A stretch of DNA of 64,000 nucleotides from Oscillospiraceae bacterium (GCA_015063545.1 SVTX01000002.1:3672-67671); one strand, 5' to 3'; shown: positions 46,491 through 57,046, counted from the stretch's first letter. Program-made: numbers and translations. Notes: generated by a model not told the origin, from the letters alone.

Positions 46491-48216
46491 TTGCATCCCC
46501 TCCTTTAAACTGAGACTGATATATTTCGCGGTACACGTCACAGCTCTCAAGAAGCTCTGAGTGCTTGCCTATACCGACCACTTCACCATCTTCAAGCACC
46601 AATGTGAGATCTGCATGTGCAATAGATGACGTTCGCTGCGATATAATGAATACACATGGATTATAGTCAAGCTCCCTGATCGCGTGGCGAAGCTTTGCTT
46701 CCGTCGCAAAATCAAGCGCTGAAGCAGAATCGTCAAGTATAAGCACGGGAGATTTTGAAACTATTGCTCTGGCTATGCAAAGTCTTTGTCTTTGCCCACC
46801 GGAGAAATTTCTTCCCTTCTGTTCGACCTTAGCATCAAGACCGCCATCCTTATCGGCTACAAAATCAGCAGCCTGGGCTATACGCAACGCATCCCACAAT
46901 TCATCATCCGTAGCATCGGGCTTACCCCAACAAAGATTGGAGCGAACAGTTCCTTTAAACAGAACCGCCTTCTGAGGCACGATGGCAATTTGTGAGCGCA
47001 AAAATTCGGTATCATATTCCGTAACACTTAGTCCTTTGAATCTTACCTCGCCCTCCGTCGCATCGTAAAAACGAGGGATCATATTGACAAGTGTAGTCTT
47101 TCCGGATCCGGTCGAGCCGATAATGCCCACCGTCATCCCCTTGTATGCGCTGAAGCTCACACCTGAAACTGAGGGTGCGGATGCCGATGTGTATGTCAAG
47201 GACGCGTTTTTGAATTCCACAACAGGGGCATTTTCATCGCCGCGAATATCAAAACTCTTTTCGGACTCATCAGCCACAGGAGTGTCAAACACACTCTGCA
47301 CGCGCCTTGCGCATGCTAATGCTTTAGTCACAAGGAATATAGTATTAGCAAGCTTTACAAGCTCCACAAGTATCTGCGTCATGTAGTTATAGACTGCCAC
47401 CACACCGCCGCGGGACATTTCTCCCGAATTAACTGCGGGAGCTGAAAAATAAATTATCGCTATTATTCCGAGGTTAACAATTACGTAAGTCAGGGGATTC
47501 ATAAGAGAGGTTATTTTCCCTGTGAAATTCTGTAGACGCGTATGCTCAACATTTGCATCTTCAAAATCACGTATCTCGTCCTGCTCTTTATTAAAAGCTC
47601 TAATAACACGAACACCACTGAGAGTTTCTCTTGTTTTGGATGTAACCGTATCAAGTTTTGACTGAACCTTTTTATAAAGCGGAATCCCTGCTAAAATAAT
47701 GCCGAACACTATTACTGAAAGCACCGGTATTACGAGCACAAATATCCAAGCAATATCGGGATCTACGAAAAATGCCATTATCATCGCGCCAAACACGATT
47801 ATAGGCGAACGCAAGAATAGACGAAGCGTCATGTTAACTCCCGATTGAAGCTGATTTACATCGCTTGTCATTCTCGTTATCATGGACGACGTTCCCATGT
47901 TATCTGTGTTTGAATACGAGAATCTGCCCAAATGCTCAAAAAGCGAATGGCGAAGTCCTGTTGCCATGCCTACGGCTGCTTTTGCCGCAAAATACTGCGC
48001 GATGATGGCACACACAAGACCAATGATACCTAACGCAACAAGTATAAGGCATCTCTGAATTATGTACGTTTTGTCTCCGTTGGCTATACCCACATCAATT
48101 ATGGAACGTACAACCAGCGGTACCATCAGATCAAAGCAAGCCTCAAGCAATTTAAACAGAGGCGCAATAATACACTCAAGCTTATATTTCTTTAAAAATC
48201 TCAGAACAAGTTTCAC
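46483..48216 (-). CDS. Heterodimeric ABC exporter subunit (degenerate Walker B/switch)
   Basis: TMD plus GSTGSGKT, FSGGQ, LDDSAS (D for E) and SQR (Q for H), the TM287/288-type pairing. GTG start. Confidence 0.9.
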   Translation of the reverse strand: MKLVLRFLKKYKLECIIAPLFKLLEACFDLMVPLVVRSIIDVGIANGDKTYIIQRCLILVALGIIGLVCAIIAQYFAAKAAVGMATGLRHSLFEHLGRFSYSNTDNMGTSSMITRMTSDVNQLQSGVNMTLRLFLRSPIIVFGAMIMAFFVDPDIAWIFVLVIPVLSVIVFGIILAGIPLYKKVQSKLDTVTSKTRETLSGVRVIRAFNKEQDEIRDFEDANVEHTRLQNFTGKITSLMNPLTYVIVNLGIIAIIYFSAPAVNSGEMSRGGVVAVYNYMTQILVELVKLANTIFLVTKALACARRVQSVFDTPVADESEKSFDIRGDENAPVVEFKNASLTYTSASAPSVSGVSFSAYKGMTVGIIGSTGSGKTTLVNMIPRFYDATEGEVRFKGLSVTEYDTEFLRSQIAIVPQKAVLFKGTVRSNLCWGKPDATDDELWDALRIAQAADFVADKDGGLDAKVEQKGRNFSGGQRQRLCIARAIVSKSPVLILDDSASALDFATEAKLRHAIRELDYNPCVFIISQRTSSIAHADLTLVLEDGEVVGIGKHSELLESCDVYREIYQSQFKGGDANV

Positions 48217-48291
48217 GCTGAGGCTCCTTTCGCAAAAATTCTCTATTCATTATAACACTATGACAAATAAAAATCAATACTTTAACAAAAA

Positions 48292-48316
48292 TTGCTCCCC
48301 GAAGATCGGGGAGCAA
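48292..48316 (-). terminator. Intrinsic terminator of the large lipoprotein gene
   Basis: ttgctccccga-aga-tcggggagcaa. Confidence 0.8.
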
Positions 48317-48328
48317 AATTTTATTTGG

Positions 48329-51325
48329 TTATTCAGCATCACCGGAACGCATTACTTCTTCAAGATAAAGCATTCCCTGTCCCATCCATTGTCCAAGCAA
48401 TGCCATGTCTTCACCGCAAAGGTGAGCATAGTCTGTACTGAGTACTCCATTAGACTCATAGTCTCCTGCAGTAGCCTTGGAACGAAGTGTATCGGAAATT
48501 ACCAATACAGAGTTAGAAAGGTTGGCTGTCTTGGGGAAGCCGGGCTCGGTCATTCCACCGGCGGGATCAAAGTAGTACTCGCAATTAGCTTCCTTACCCT
48601 TGTTGATAATGCTTGACCATATCCAATTGATGTCACCCTCCTGGGTTTCTGCGATAGAGTAATTTACAAAGGATATTCCCGTGTCGGATGTATACTGTAC
48701 AAAGTCGGAACGAACGCTATTTACAAGTCTCTGCTCAAACGCCTCATAGGATCTTGCAACTGTATCTACGCCTGCATCAGACTCACCCTGTACCCAGAAG
48801 AATGATCTGATCTGAGGAGTATAATTCTCTGCGATCATGTCAAGAGAATCCTGAATGTAATCTGCCATCTGGTTGTAGAGATAATCTCCCATATCACTTA
48901 CGAGACCGAAGGGGTCAAAGTTATTTGTGATGGTCGCAATCGCGGTATTTGCCTGATCTGTGGGGAACCACTGACCGTTGAGGTATGTTCCTGCAGCTGT
49001 AAACTTGATGATAAACAAGGGAGTTTCATCTGCATATCCGTTTGTGCAAAGGTAATCTACGATACCGAGTTCAGGACCGATATAAGCATTTCCCTGTCCT
49101 CCTACACCGAGAGCAAACTGCTCAAAGCCGTCGTTGGAGAATATGGTCTGCCATGTACCGTTCTGGTCTGCCTGCGTGTTATCCACGGGATGTGTCATTA
49201 CATTAATGTTGTTGTAGTGCATGTATACGTTGTTGTATACCTTATCCTGGTACTGAGCCCTGACAGCATCGGTAATGGGGCTTGCTCCGTATGCATTTGA
49301 CTGACCGGAAATAATGATTACGTTAGCCATGGGCTTGCTCATATCAAGATCAATAGGCTTGATGGTAACATTCCATGTGGCGAGAAGCATCATTCTGCCG
49401 TCGTCCAACTCAACCACAAAAGTGAGTGTGTGCTGACCTACAGAGAGACCGGTGGTGCTTATGTCTATAGCAAAGGTAGCTGCACGTCTGCCTGCTACGT
49501 TCTTTTGAGCGGTGCTGGCTCTTCCGGCGTCAGAGTTAACGCGGTTTTCAAAATCATTATCAAAATAGTACGCAAACTGTTCTATCTTTGCGCTGGTGTC
49601 ATCATATCCGGTAAAACCACTCATTCCGATCTGCATTCCTGCATACATATTGGAAATAACAAGCTCTCCGGTAGCAGCGTTTATGCCGTCTACTGATACA
49701 TTCTTTACAGATGTGTCGGTGAAACCTTCAAATGCATTTTCAACATATCCTATGCTGAAATTATCAAACTGAGAAGCTACAAGACCGGGATAATCTCTTG
49801 TTGTACCACATATGTTACACGTAGCATCAAAACCGTTGTCGTAAGTGTGATCACCGGCTGTTCTTGTTGCACCGCACACATTACAGTCAGCATCGCAATC
49901 TCCGTCATAAACGTGATTGACATCTCTTACTGCCCCACATGCGTCACAATCGGCATCGCAACCGTTACCATAAGTATGGTCAGCAGCATCTCTTACCTCA
50001 CCGCATACGTCACAGTCTGCATCGCAATCAGCAGTGTACTGGTGTCCGCTGGCAGCAGTTTCATCAGCGGTGTATGTATCGCCGCAAACGGAACATGTGT
50101 ATGTTGTGTAACCAGCCTCTGTGCATGTAGGAACTGTTACAACTGTTTCGTAGTTATGTCCGTTAGCAGCAGTTTCATCGCCGGTGTAGGTATCACCGCA
50201 AACGGAACATGTGTATGTTGTGTAACCAGCCTCTGTGCATGTGGGGGCTGTTACAACTGTTTCGTAGTTGTGTCCGAGAGCAACAATTTCATCAGCGGTG
50301 TATGTATCGCCACAAGCGGAACATGTGTATGTTGTGTAACCGGCCTCTGTACATGTAGGCTCTGTTATAACAGAATCATAGTTATGTCCAAGTGCTTCTA
50401 CAACGTTCTGAGCTGTGAGGATCTCGCCGCAAACGGAGCACTTAACTCCTGCTGTCAAACCTGTTTCTGTACAAGTAGGAGCTACAGCCTCAATAGTTTC
50501 TTCTACGTGTGTGCAAACTGCTTCAACGTTCAGCTCAATTGCAGTATTTGCTCCAAAATCAACGTAATCTTCGCTATACTCGTATCCTTCGGGGGCTCTA
50601 AATATCTTTGCCTGGTAATCTTCTCTTTCTTCAAGAGAGAATGTAACCACTCCGTTAGCATCGGTAGTTTTGGGTGTCAAACAAGTGCTGTTCTTGATAC
50701 AAACCTGAATCATTACATCTGCTACTGCATTTCCCTTGTCATCCTTAACTGTTACGGTGTAGTCTACCTTTTCATCAACGGGATCATCGTTCTTAGCCGA
50801 AACTGTAATTTCAACAGAAGTGCTTGTTCCGAAATCAACATAGTTTTCGTCATATTCGTAGCCTTCTGCTCTGAATATCTTAGCCTGATAGTCGTCTCTT
50901 TTTTCAATAGAGAATGTAGCAACACCATTAGCATCTGTTACCACAGGTGTCAAGCAGGTGCTGTTCTTGATACAAACCTGAATCATTACACCGGATACTA
51001 CGTTGCCTTCTTCATCTACAACGGTTACCGTATAATCAACTTTATCGTCGTCGGGCTTCTCCGTATTGTCCTCTGAGGGTTTTTCAGTATTGTCCTCTGA
51101 GGGCTTGTCTGTGTTGTCCTCCGAAGGCTTGTCTGTGTTGTCCTCCGAGGGCTTGTCTGTATTATCCTCAGTAGGATCATCTGTTTGAATCTCTGTAGGC
51201 TTTGCTGTTTCCTTATTGCTGGGCTTAACTTCCTCAGATCCATTGTCACATGATGCGATCATGGCAACGCAGGATATAAGCAAGCAAAGCGTAAGCATAA
51301 TGCCTAAGAACTTCTTGAATTGCAT
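48329..51325 (-). CDS. 998-aa modular lipoprotein with C-terminal SASA/CE6-like (SGNH) acetylesterase
   Basis: Lipobox IASC, PSEDNTDK repeats, a duplicated beta domain, two kinds of Cys/His repeat, then ISGQSNAYG, WVQGESDA and DYAH. Confidence 0.8.
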   Translation of the reverse strand: MQFKKFLGIMLTLCLLISCVAMIASCDNGSEEVKPSNKETAKPTEIQTDDPTEDNTDKPSEDNTDKPSEDNTDKPSEDNTEKPSEDNTEKPDDDKVDYTVTVVDEEGNVVSGVMIQVCIKNSTCLTPVVTDANGVATFSIEKRDDYQAKIFRAEGYEYDENYVDFGTSTSVEITVSAKNDDPVDEKVDYTVTVKDDKGNAVADVMIQVCIKNSTCLTPKTTDANGVVTFSLEEREDYQAKIFRAPEGYEYSEDYVDFGANTAIELNVEAVCTHVEETIEAVAPTCTETGLTAGVKCSVCGEILTAQNVVEALGHNYDSVITEPTCTEAGYTTYTCSACGDTYTADEIVALGHNYETVVTAPTCTEAGYTTYTCSVCGDTYTGDETAANGHNYETVVTVPTCTEAGYTTYTCSVCGDTYTADETAASGHQYTADCDADCDVCGEVRDAADHTYGNGCDADCDACGAVRDVNHVYDGDCDADCNVCGATRTAGDHTYDNGFDATCNICGTTRDYPGLVASQFDNFSIGYVENAFEGFTDTSVKNVSVDGINAATGELVISNMYAGMQIGMSGFTGYDDTSAKIEQFAYYFDNDFENRVNSDAGRASTAQKNVAGRRAATFAIDISTTGLSVGQHTLTFVVELDDGRMMLLATWNVTIKPIDLDMSKPMANVIIISGQSNAYGASPITDAVRAQYQDKVYNNVYMHYNNINVMTHPVDNTQADQNGTWQTIFSNDGFEQFALGVGGQGNAYIGPELGIVDYLCTNGYADETPLFIIKFTAAGTYLNGQWFPTDQANTAIATITNNFDPFGLVSDMGDYLYNQMADYIQDSLDMIAENYTPQIRSFFWVQGESDAGVDTVARSYEAFEQRLVNSVRSDFVQYTSDTGISFVNYSIAETQEGDINWIWSSIINKGKEANCEYYFDPAGGMTEPGFPKTANLSNSVLVISDTLRSKATAGDYESNGVLSTDYAHLCGEDMALLGQWMGQGMLYLEEVMRSGDAE
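50030..50410 (-). repeat. 114-bp (38-aa) tandem Cys/His repeats
   Basis: GHNYETVVT.PTCTEAGYTTYTCS.CGDTYT; DNA period 114 bp (CATGTG at 50094, 50208, 50322). Confidence 0.9.
51045..51175 (-). repeat. 24-bp (8-aa) PSEDNT(D/E)K tandem repeats
   Basis: About five copies visible in both DNA and protein. Confidence 0.9.
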
Positions 51326-51554
51326 AAAATACCTCCTTAAACTTTGCGCGCAAAGCGCGCATACTTTTGCATTCCTTTACATATATCATTTTATCACATT
51401 TAATCTCTTTTGTCAATACGGTGCAAAAATTTAACAGTAACATCTCCAAACATTCTAAAAATTCACTTAACCGTCAAGAAATATATCCGTATATTAACAT
51501 CCAGTTAATAATTTGATGATAAAATTGCTTTGATTTATTTTGGAGGAGAAAAAT

Positions 51555-54188
51555 ATGCTAAAGCTTGATCAAATAGTCAAGACATACTCATCGGGAGACA
51601 GTGCTGTTCACGCGCTCCAAGGTGTAAGCCTTGAATTCCGCAAAAACGAGTTTGTGTCCATTCTCGGTCCTTCGGGATGCGGAAAAACAACACTTTTGAA
51701 TATCATCGGCGGACTTGACAGATACACATCCGGCGACCTTATAATAAATGGAAAATCCACCACTACGTTTAAGGACGCTCATTGGGATACATACAGAAAC
51801 CATTCTATCGGCTTTGTTTTCCAAAGCTACAACCTTATTCCCCACCAGACAGTACTCTCTAACGTAGAGCTTGCATTAACACTGTCGGGTGTATCCAAGG
51901 CTGAGAGAAGACAAAGGGCGTTGGCAGCGCTTGAAAGCGTAGGACTTTCCGATCAGGTCAATAAAAAGCCTTCTCAAATGTCCGGCGGCCAAATGCAAAG
52001 AGTTGCCATTGCGCGAGCATTGGTAAATAACCCCGATATACTTCTTGCGGATGAGCCCACCGGCGCGCTTGATACGACCACAAGCGTTCAGATCATGGAC
52101 ATACTCAAGGAGGTTGCAAAAGACCGACTTGTTATCATGGTAACTCACAACCCCGAACTTGCAGAAGAATATTCGTCAAGAATAGTTCGTCTCAGCGACG
52201 GATTGGTAATAAGTGATACAAATCCTTATGACAGCTCCAAAGATGAGGTGGCAACGGATAATGTTCCGACAATCACCACACGCGAAGAAAAAAAGGTAGA
52301 ACGCAAGGCTGCGAAAAAACGCAGAATGTCGCTTTTCACCGCGCTCTCCCTCTCCCTGAACAACCTGCTCACAAAAAAAGGAAGAACGATTCTCACATCA
52401 TTTGCGGGCAGTATAGGTATTATAGGAATTGCGCTTATACTTTCCGTTTCGGCAGGAGTTAATGCGTATATCACAAGTATAGAACGCAGTACCATGTCAT
52501 CCTATCCTTTAAGCATACAGTCCAGCACCATGGATACGTCCTCCATGTTTTCAACTCTTACAGAGGCAATGGAAGAAAAGGAACGCCCTGACGGAGACGT
52601 GGTATATTCCAACGACATAATGATAAAAATGCTTGAATCCATATCTGCGGGTATAACGACCAACAATATGGTAAAGTTCAAGAATTTTATTGAAAATGAA
52701 AGCAACATAAGAGATTATACTACCGATATAAAATATTCGTATTCCGCTAATCTTAACACGTATCACAAAGCACCCGACGGAACATATCACAAAAACATCA
52801 ACAGCCTCACGGAAATGATGGTTGAGCTCGGTCTTGCATCCGATGGTATGGCATCGTCTTCAAGCTCTTCTTCCGGAATGGGTGGCATGATGAGTGGCAA
52901 TCCCTGGAGCGAGTTGGTCGGAAATCAAGAGTATATTGAATCTCAGTACGACATAATCGACGGTCACCTCCCGAACAACTCCAATCAAGTCGTGCTTATA
53001 GTAGACCGCGAACAGCAGATAACCGACTATGTTCTCTACACTGTTGGCTTGCGTGACATAAATGATCTTAAGGAATTTATGAAGCAAGCATCTGATGAAG
53101 ATCCCAATACTAATTTTAAGTTTGAAGAAAAAACCTACTCTTTTGACCAAATATACGGTCACAAATTCAGAGTTCTTTTGGATTCCGACACCTACAGATA
53201 TGATGAGACCACAGGCATGATCCTCGAAAGAACGGACGCAGAGCTTCAGGCAATGCTTTCGGCAGAAGATGCGATCGAGCTTGAGATAGTAGGTATCATC
53301 TGTCCTGCGGAAGATTCTGTAAGCACATCGTCAATAGGTTGTATCGGATACACTGCAGGTCTTATGCCCTCGCTCATTGAAAAGACAAACAACAGTGAGG
53401 TCGTAAAAAAGCAGACGGAGAACAAGGAAGTAAATCTTATGACGGGACTTCCCTTCAAGGAATACACAATGGAAGAGCTTCCCGCCCTTATGGAACAGAT
53501 CATTGCAATGAATCCCGATTATGCTGCATCTTTGCAATTCATGAAGCCTGCACAGATACTTGATATGTTCAGCACTTCACAGGAAAAAGCTCTTGATCAG
53601 CTTGGATACGTTGATATGTCTAATCCCGATGCTATTCATATTTATCCCAAGGATTTCGAATCAAAGGACGAGATAAACCGAATCATCTCCGACTATAATA
53701 AAAAGCAGACAGAGGAAGACAAGATAACTTATTCTGATACAGTAGCCCTTCTTATGAACTCGGTTACAACAATCGTAAACGCAATATCTTACGTTCTTAT
53801 CGCGTTCGTTGCTATCTCACTCATAGTTTCTTCCATAATGATAGGAATCATTACTTATATTTCCGTGCTTGAAAGAACCAAGGAAATCGGTATTCTCCGC
53901 GCTATCGGAGCTTCCAAGAAGGATATCTCCAGAGTATTTAATGCCGAAACACTTATCGTTGGATTCTGCGCGGGAGCTATCGGTATAGGAATGACATTGA
54001 TCTTCAATGTAATCATCAATATAATCCTCTACAGACTTACCGAAATAGAAACTCTTAAAGCAACTCTTCCCCCCTTTGCCGCTATAATTCTCATAGCGAT
54101 CAGCATGCTTTTGACATTTGTTGCAGGACTTATTCCCTCACGTTTTGCAGCTAAAAAGGATCCCGTAGAGGCCCTTAGAAGCGAATAA
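51555..54188 (+). CDS. MacB-like fused ABC ATPase-FtsX permease
   Basis: GPSGCGKT, MSGGQ, LADEPTG, VTH and ERTKEIGILRAIGA motifs. ATG 51555 follows GGAGGA. Confidence 0.9.
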   Translation: MLKLDQIVKTYSSGDSAVHALQGVSLEFRKNEFVSILGPSGCGKTTLLNIIGGLDRYTSGDLIINGKSTTTFKDAHWDTYRNHSIGFVFQSYNLIPHQTVLSNVELALTLSGVSKAERRQRALAALESVGLSDQVNKKPSQMSGGQMQRVAIARALVNNPDILLADEPTGALDTTTSVQIMDILKEVAKDRLVIMVTHNPELAEEYSSRIVRLSDGLVISDTNPYDSSKDEVATDNVPTITTREEKKVERKAAKKRRMSLFTALSLSLNNLLTKKGRTILTSFAGSIGIIGIALILSVSAGVNAYITSIERSTMSSYPLSIQSSTMDTSSMFSTLTEAMEEKERPDGDVVYSNDIMIKMLESISAGITTNNMVKFKNFIENESNIRDYTTDIKYSYSANLNTYHKAPDGTYHKNINSLTEMMVELGLASDGMASSSSSSSGMGGMMSGNPWSELVGNQEYIESQYDIIDGHLPNNSNQVVLIVDREQQITDYVLYTVGLRDINDLKEFMKQASDEDPNTNFKFEEKTYSFDQIYGHKFRVLLDSDTYRYDETTGMILERTDAELQAMLSAEDAIELEIVGIICPAEDSVSTSSIGCIGYTAGLMPSLIEKTNNSEVVKKQTENKEVNLMTGLPFKEYTMEELPALMEQIIAMNPDYAASLQFMKPAQILDMFSTSQEKALDQLGYVDMSNPDAIHIYPKDFESKDEINRIISDYNKKQTEEDKITYSDTVALLMNSVTTIVNAISYVLIAFVAISLIVSSIMIGIITYISVLERTKEIGILRAIGASKKDISRVFNAETLIVGFCAGAIGIGMTLIFNVIINIILYRLTEIETLKATLPPFAAIILIAISMLLTFVAGLIPSRFAAKKDPVEALRSE

Positions 54189-54212
54189 TTACAAAAACCA
54201 TATAAAAATCAT

Positions 54213-54248
54213 AGCCGATACACGTCATTCTGTGACAGTGTATCGGCT
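54213..54248 (+). terminator. Intrinsic terminator
   Basis: agccgatacac ... gtgtatcggct followed by a T-run. Confidence 0.75.
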
Positions 54249-54336
54249 CTTTTGTAATATAACCACAAATGCCGTATTCATAAAATTTCGTATGTAACAT
54301 ATATTAGTGTATAAGAATATGCAAGGGGATATTAAA

Positions 54337-55881
54337 ATGTCATCAAGAACGAGAAATTTTTTTCTTAATTTTATAGCTCTTACCGTTACCGCATTGGTAA
54401 TGCGTGGAGTTGGTGTAATATTCAATGTTTACGTTTCAAACAAGGCGGGAGCAGAAGCTATGGGGCTTTACTCTTTGCTCGGCGGAATATATATGTTTGC
54501 CGTAACAGTCGGATGCGCCAATATAAATTTAGGAACGACAAGAGTAATTTCCGATGCTATGGGCACAAACAATTATTCTCTTGCTAAAAAAACGGCGAAA
54601 AAAGCACTCAAGTGCGCACTTATATCTTCCACCCTTGCAACAATCATCCTTTTTTTCGCCGCTGAATTCATAGGAGAAAAAATACTGTACGACATGCGTA
54701 TAGTTAGGCCTTTGAGAATACTGGCTGTATCTCTCGTCCCCGTGGCGCTATGTTCATGTCTGTCGGGATATTTTACGGCAGTACGGCGCGTGAAAGCTAT
54801 CTCTGCCATACAGATATGCGTTCAGCTTTCAAAAATAATAATTACTTCTCTCCTTCTAAGTGTATTCATAGACAAAGGAGCAGAATACGCATGCATCGCC
54901 TTGGTGCTTGGGGCGGTTCTGTCTGAATTTTTGTCGTTATTATGTATTTATTTCCTATACAGATCAGACAGCACAAAAAATCTTGGAAAGCCCTCGCCGT
55001 CATATCCGAGCGACAAGTCCATCACAAAAAACATTCTTTCGATCACTGTTCCCGTAACGTTCAGCGCCTGCATACGCTCAGGACTTACTACCGTACAGCA
55101 CATCCTCATTCCAAAAGGAATAAAGGCAAGCGGAAAGTCTTGGTCAGCAGCACTGGCATCATACGGCATACTACACAGCATGGTCATGCCCGTCATTCTA
55201 TTTCCGTCTGCATTTATTACCTCATTTTCCGGACTTTTGATCCCTGAGGTTACAGAATGCCGCGTGCAAAATGATAACGAACGTCTTTCAAGACTGTCAT
55301 ACCGCATTATCACACTGTCATTGTTTTTTTCAATCGGAGTCTCCGGTATCATGATATTTTATTCTTATGGGCTAGGCACATCCATATACAATAGTGATCA
55401 AGCCGCATATTACATAAGACTTATGGCTCCGCTGATCCCTGTAATGTATATAGACAGCGCACTTGATGCTGTCCTCAAAGGAATGGGACACGAAATATAT
55501 TCCATGAACGTTAACATCGCCGATGCTCTGACTGCGTGTATTCTTGCCTTTGTTTTGATCCCGCGCATGGGAATTATGGGATACGTGATCTCAATATATT
55601 CCACTGAGATACTGAACACTTCTTTGAGCTTATTTAAAATGATATCTGTTACAAAAATGAAATTTAAGCTTGCCCATCAGATCGTTATGCCTATAATTTG
55701 CATTGTGGGGGCGACCAATATATCTCACTTTCTTCTTCGTCCGACCAATATTTCTTCAACTTCTCTTAACGTAACCGTTCACATACTGCTGTCCGTATTA
55801 TTGTACGTGGGACTTCTTTGCGCAACTCAAACCGTAGGAAAAGATGAAAAAGAGGTTATACACTTTGCATTAAAAAAATAA
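54337..55881 (+). CDS. SpoVB/MurJ-like (MOP superfamily) polysaccharide/lipid-II flippase
   Basis: About 14 TM segments, GAEAMGLY, LSGYF.A, YG.L.SM.MP.I.FP and L.GMG motifs. Confidence 0.8.
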   Translation: MSSRTRNFFLNFIALTVTALVMRGVGVIFNVYVSNKAGAEAMGLYSLLGGIYMFAVTVGCANINLGTTRVISDAMGTNNYSLAKKTAKKALKCALISSTLATIILFFAAEFIGEKILYDMRIVRPLRILAVSLVPVALCSCLSGYFTAVRRVKAISAIQICVQLSKIIITSLLLSVFIDKGAEYACIALVLGAVLSEFLSLLCIYFLYRSDSTKNLGKPSPSYPSDKSITKNILSITVPVTFSACIRSGLTTVQHILIPKGIKASGKSWSAALASYGILHSMVMPVILFPSAFITSFSGLLIPEVTECRVQNDNERLSRLSYRIITLSLFFSIGVSGIMIFYSYGLGTSIYNSDQAAYYIRLMAPLIPVMYIDSALDAVLKGMGHEIYSMNVNIADALTACILAFVLIPRMGIMGYVISIYSTEILNTSLSLFKMISVTKMKFKLAHQIVMPIICIVGATNISHFLLRPTNISSTSLNVTVHILLSVLLYVGLLCATQTVGKDEKEVIHFALKK

Positions 55882-55900
55882 GGCGAAACGCCTTATTTTT
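55874..55900. terminator. Hairpin spanning two convergent stop codons
   Basis: aaaaataaggcg-aaa-cgccttattttt. Confidence 0.75.
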
Positions 55901-56543
55901 CTTCTTCGTCAATATGCACTTTCGGTAAACTCCATCTGTACTTGGCGGCTAAAATTCGCAAAATCACTATAGACAGCATCGGAGCTATCATAGAAACGGT
56001 TGCATCTCCCGTGTTATATCTCAAAATATAATATAAAGCGCTTCCGAATATTGAGATAAGCGCATAAACATGCTTTCTGAGTATATACGGCGTGTCATTT
56101 ACCAATATATCTCTGATCACACCGCCTCCAACTCCCGTAAGAAGCCCAAGTGTGATGGAAAGGAATATCCTGTCACCAAGGCCGGATGTGAACGCGATCT
56201 CTGTTCCCATCACCGAAAAAGCGGCAAGGCCCACAGCATCAAACAAATTGTTAATATGCTCGATCTTTTTTCTGAACGCAGTGAATTTATGACGATTCAA
56301 GTATGACACTATAAACGCAACAACGGATACCACCACAGCGATAAGAACAATATGAAATCTTGCAAATATTGCAGGAGGAACAGCGCCTATGATTATATCC
56401 CTTAAAATTCCGCCGCCTACTGCCGTTATGCATCCCAGAAGCACAACACCGAACAAATCAAGCTTGGCCTTAATAGCCACAAGCGCTCCGGATACCGCAA
56501 ATGCAATAGTTCCGATGATTTCCAAAACAAACAAAGCAGTCAT
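55893..56543 (-). CDS. Trimeric intracellular cation channel (TRIC/UPF0126) family protein
   Basis: Duplicated AFA.SGAL.A...D.FG / TAVGGG..RD and DAVGLAAF / TGVGGG.IRD repeats. Confidence 0.9.
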   Translation of the reverse strand: MTALFVLEIIGTIAFAVSGALVAIKAKLDLFGVVLLGCITAVGGGILRDIIIGAVPPAIFARFHIVLIAVVVSVVAFIVSYLNRHKFTAFRKKIEHINNLFDAVGLAAFSVMGTEIAFTSGLGDRIFLSITLGLLTGVGGGVIRDILVNDTPYILRKHVYALISIFGSALYYILRYNTGDATVSMIAPMLSIVILRILAAKYRWSLPKVHIDEEEK

Positions 56544-56616
56544 ATATCTTCCCCCTCTCCTGAGATTTATCCTGATACGAGTTCATTATATCATGTTCAT
56601 AATCATAAGTCAAGTA

Positions 56617-56646
56617 AAAAACGAGCAGGTATATCTGCTCGTTTTT
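56617..56646 (-). terminator. Terminator after the zinc-ribbon gene
   Basis: aaaaacgagcag ... ctgctcgttttt. Confidence 0.75.
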
Positions 56647-56713
56647 ACTTTATCAACTATATGTAACTGAAGTTAAAAGCGCAACTTTGCGTTATTATAG
56701 TAGATCACAGTGT

Positions 56714-57046
56714 TCAGTTAGCTCTTCTTGCTTCGAAACACTTGCTGCAATAAACGGGTCTGTCGCTGGAAGGCTGGAATGTAAGCTTAGCCTCGCCGCC
56801 ACACTCGCTGCATACCGCCATAAAGTACTCACGCTCGGGTTTACCTGCGTTCTTTCTCTTGTCGCGACAAGCCTTGCAAGCCTTGGGCTGATTCTGGAAA
56901 CCCTTTTCTGCGTAGAACTGCTGCTCACCTGCTGTGAATACGAACTCCTGTCCGCAATCCTTGCACGTAAGAGTAATGTCCTCGTAAACGGTCTCTACAG
57001 CTTCAGTCTCGACAACTTCGCCTTCAACTTTTACTTCATCACACAT
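56714..57046 (-). CDS. Double zinc-ribbon protein (zf-trcl plus CxxC-x17-CxxC)
   Basis: CKDCG..FVFT.GEQ.FY..KGF.N.P..CK.CR and CSECG....LTFQP...RPVYCSKCF. Confidence 0.85.
   Translation of the reverse strand: MCDEVKVEGEVVETEAVETVYEDITLTCKDCGQEFVFTAGEQQFYAEKGFQNQPKACKACRDKRKNAGKPEREYFMAVCSECGGEAKLTFQPSSDRPVYCSKCFEARRAN

Noticed and set aside
51341-51362. Palindrome CTTTGCGCGCAAAG upstream of the large lipoprotein RBS
   Set aside because: It could be an operator or small hairpin, but there is no second copy or cognate regulator in the window, so I cannot support a function.
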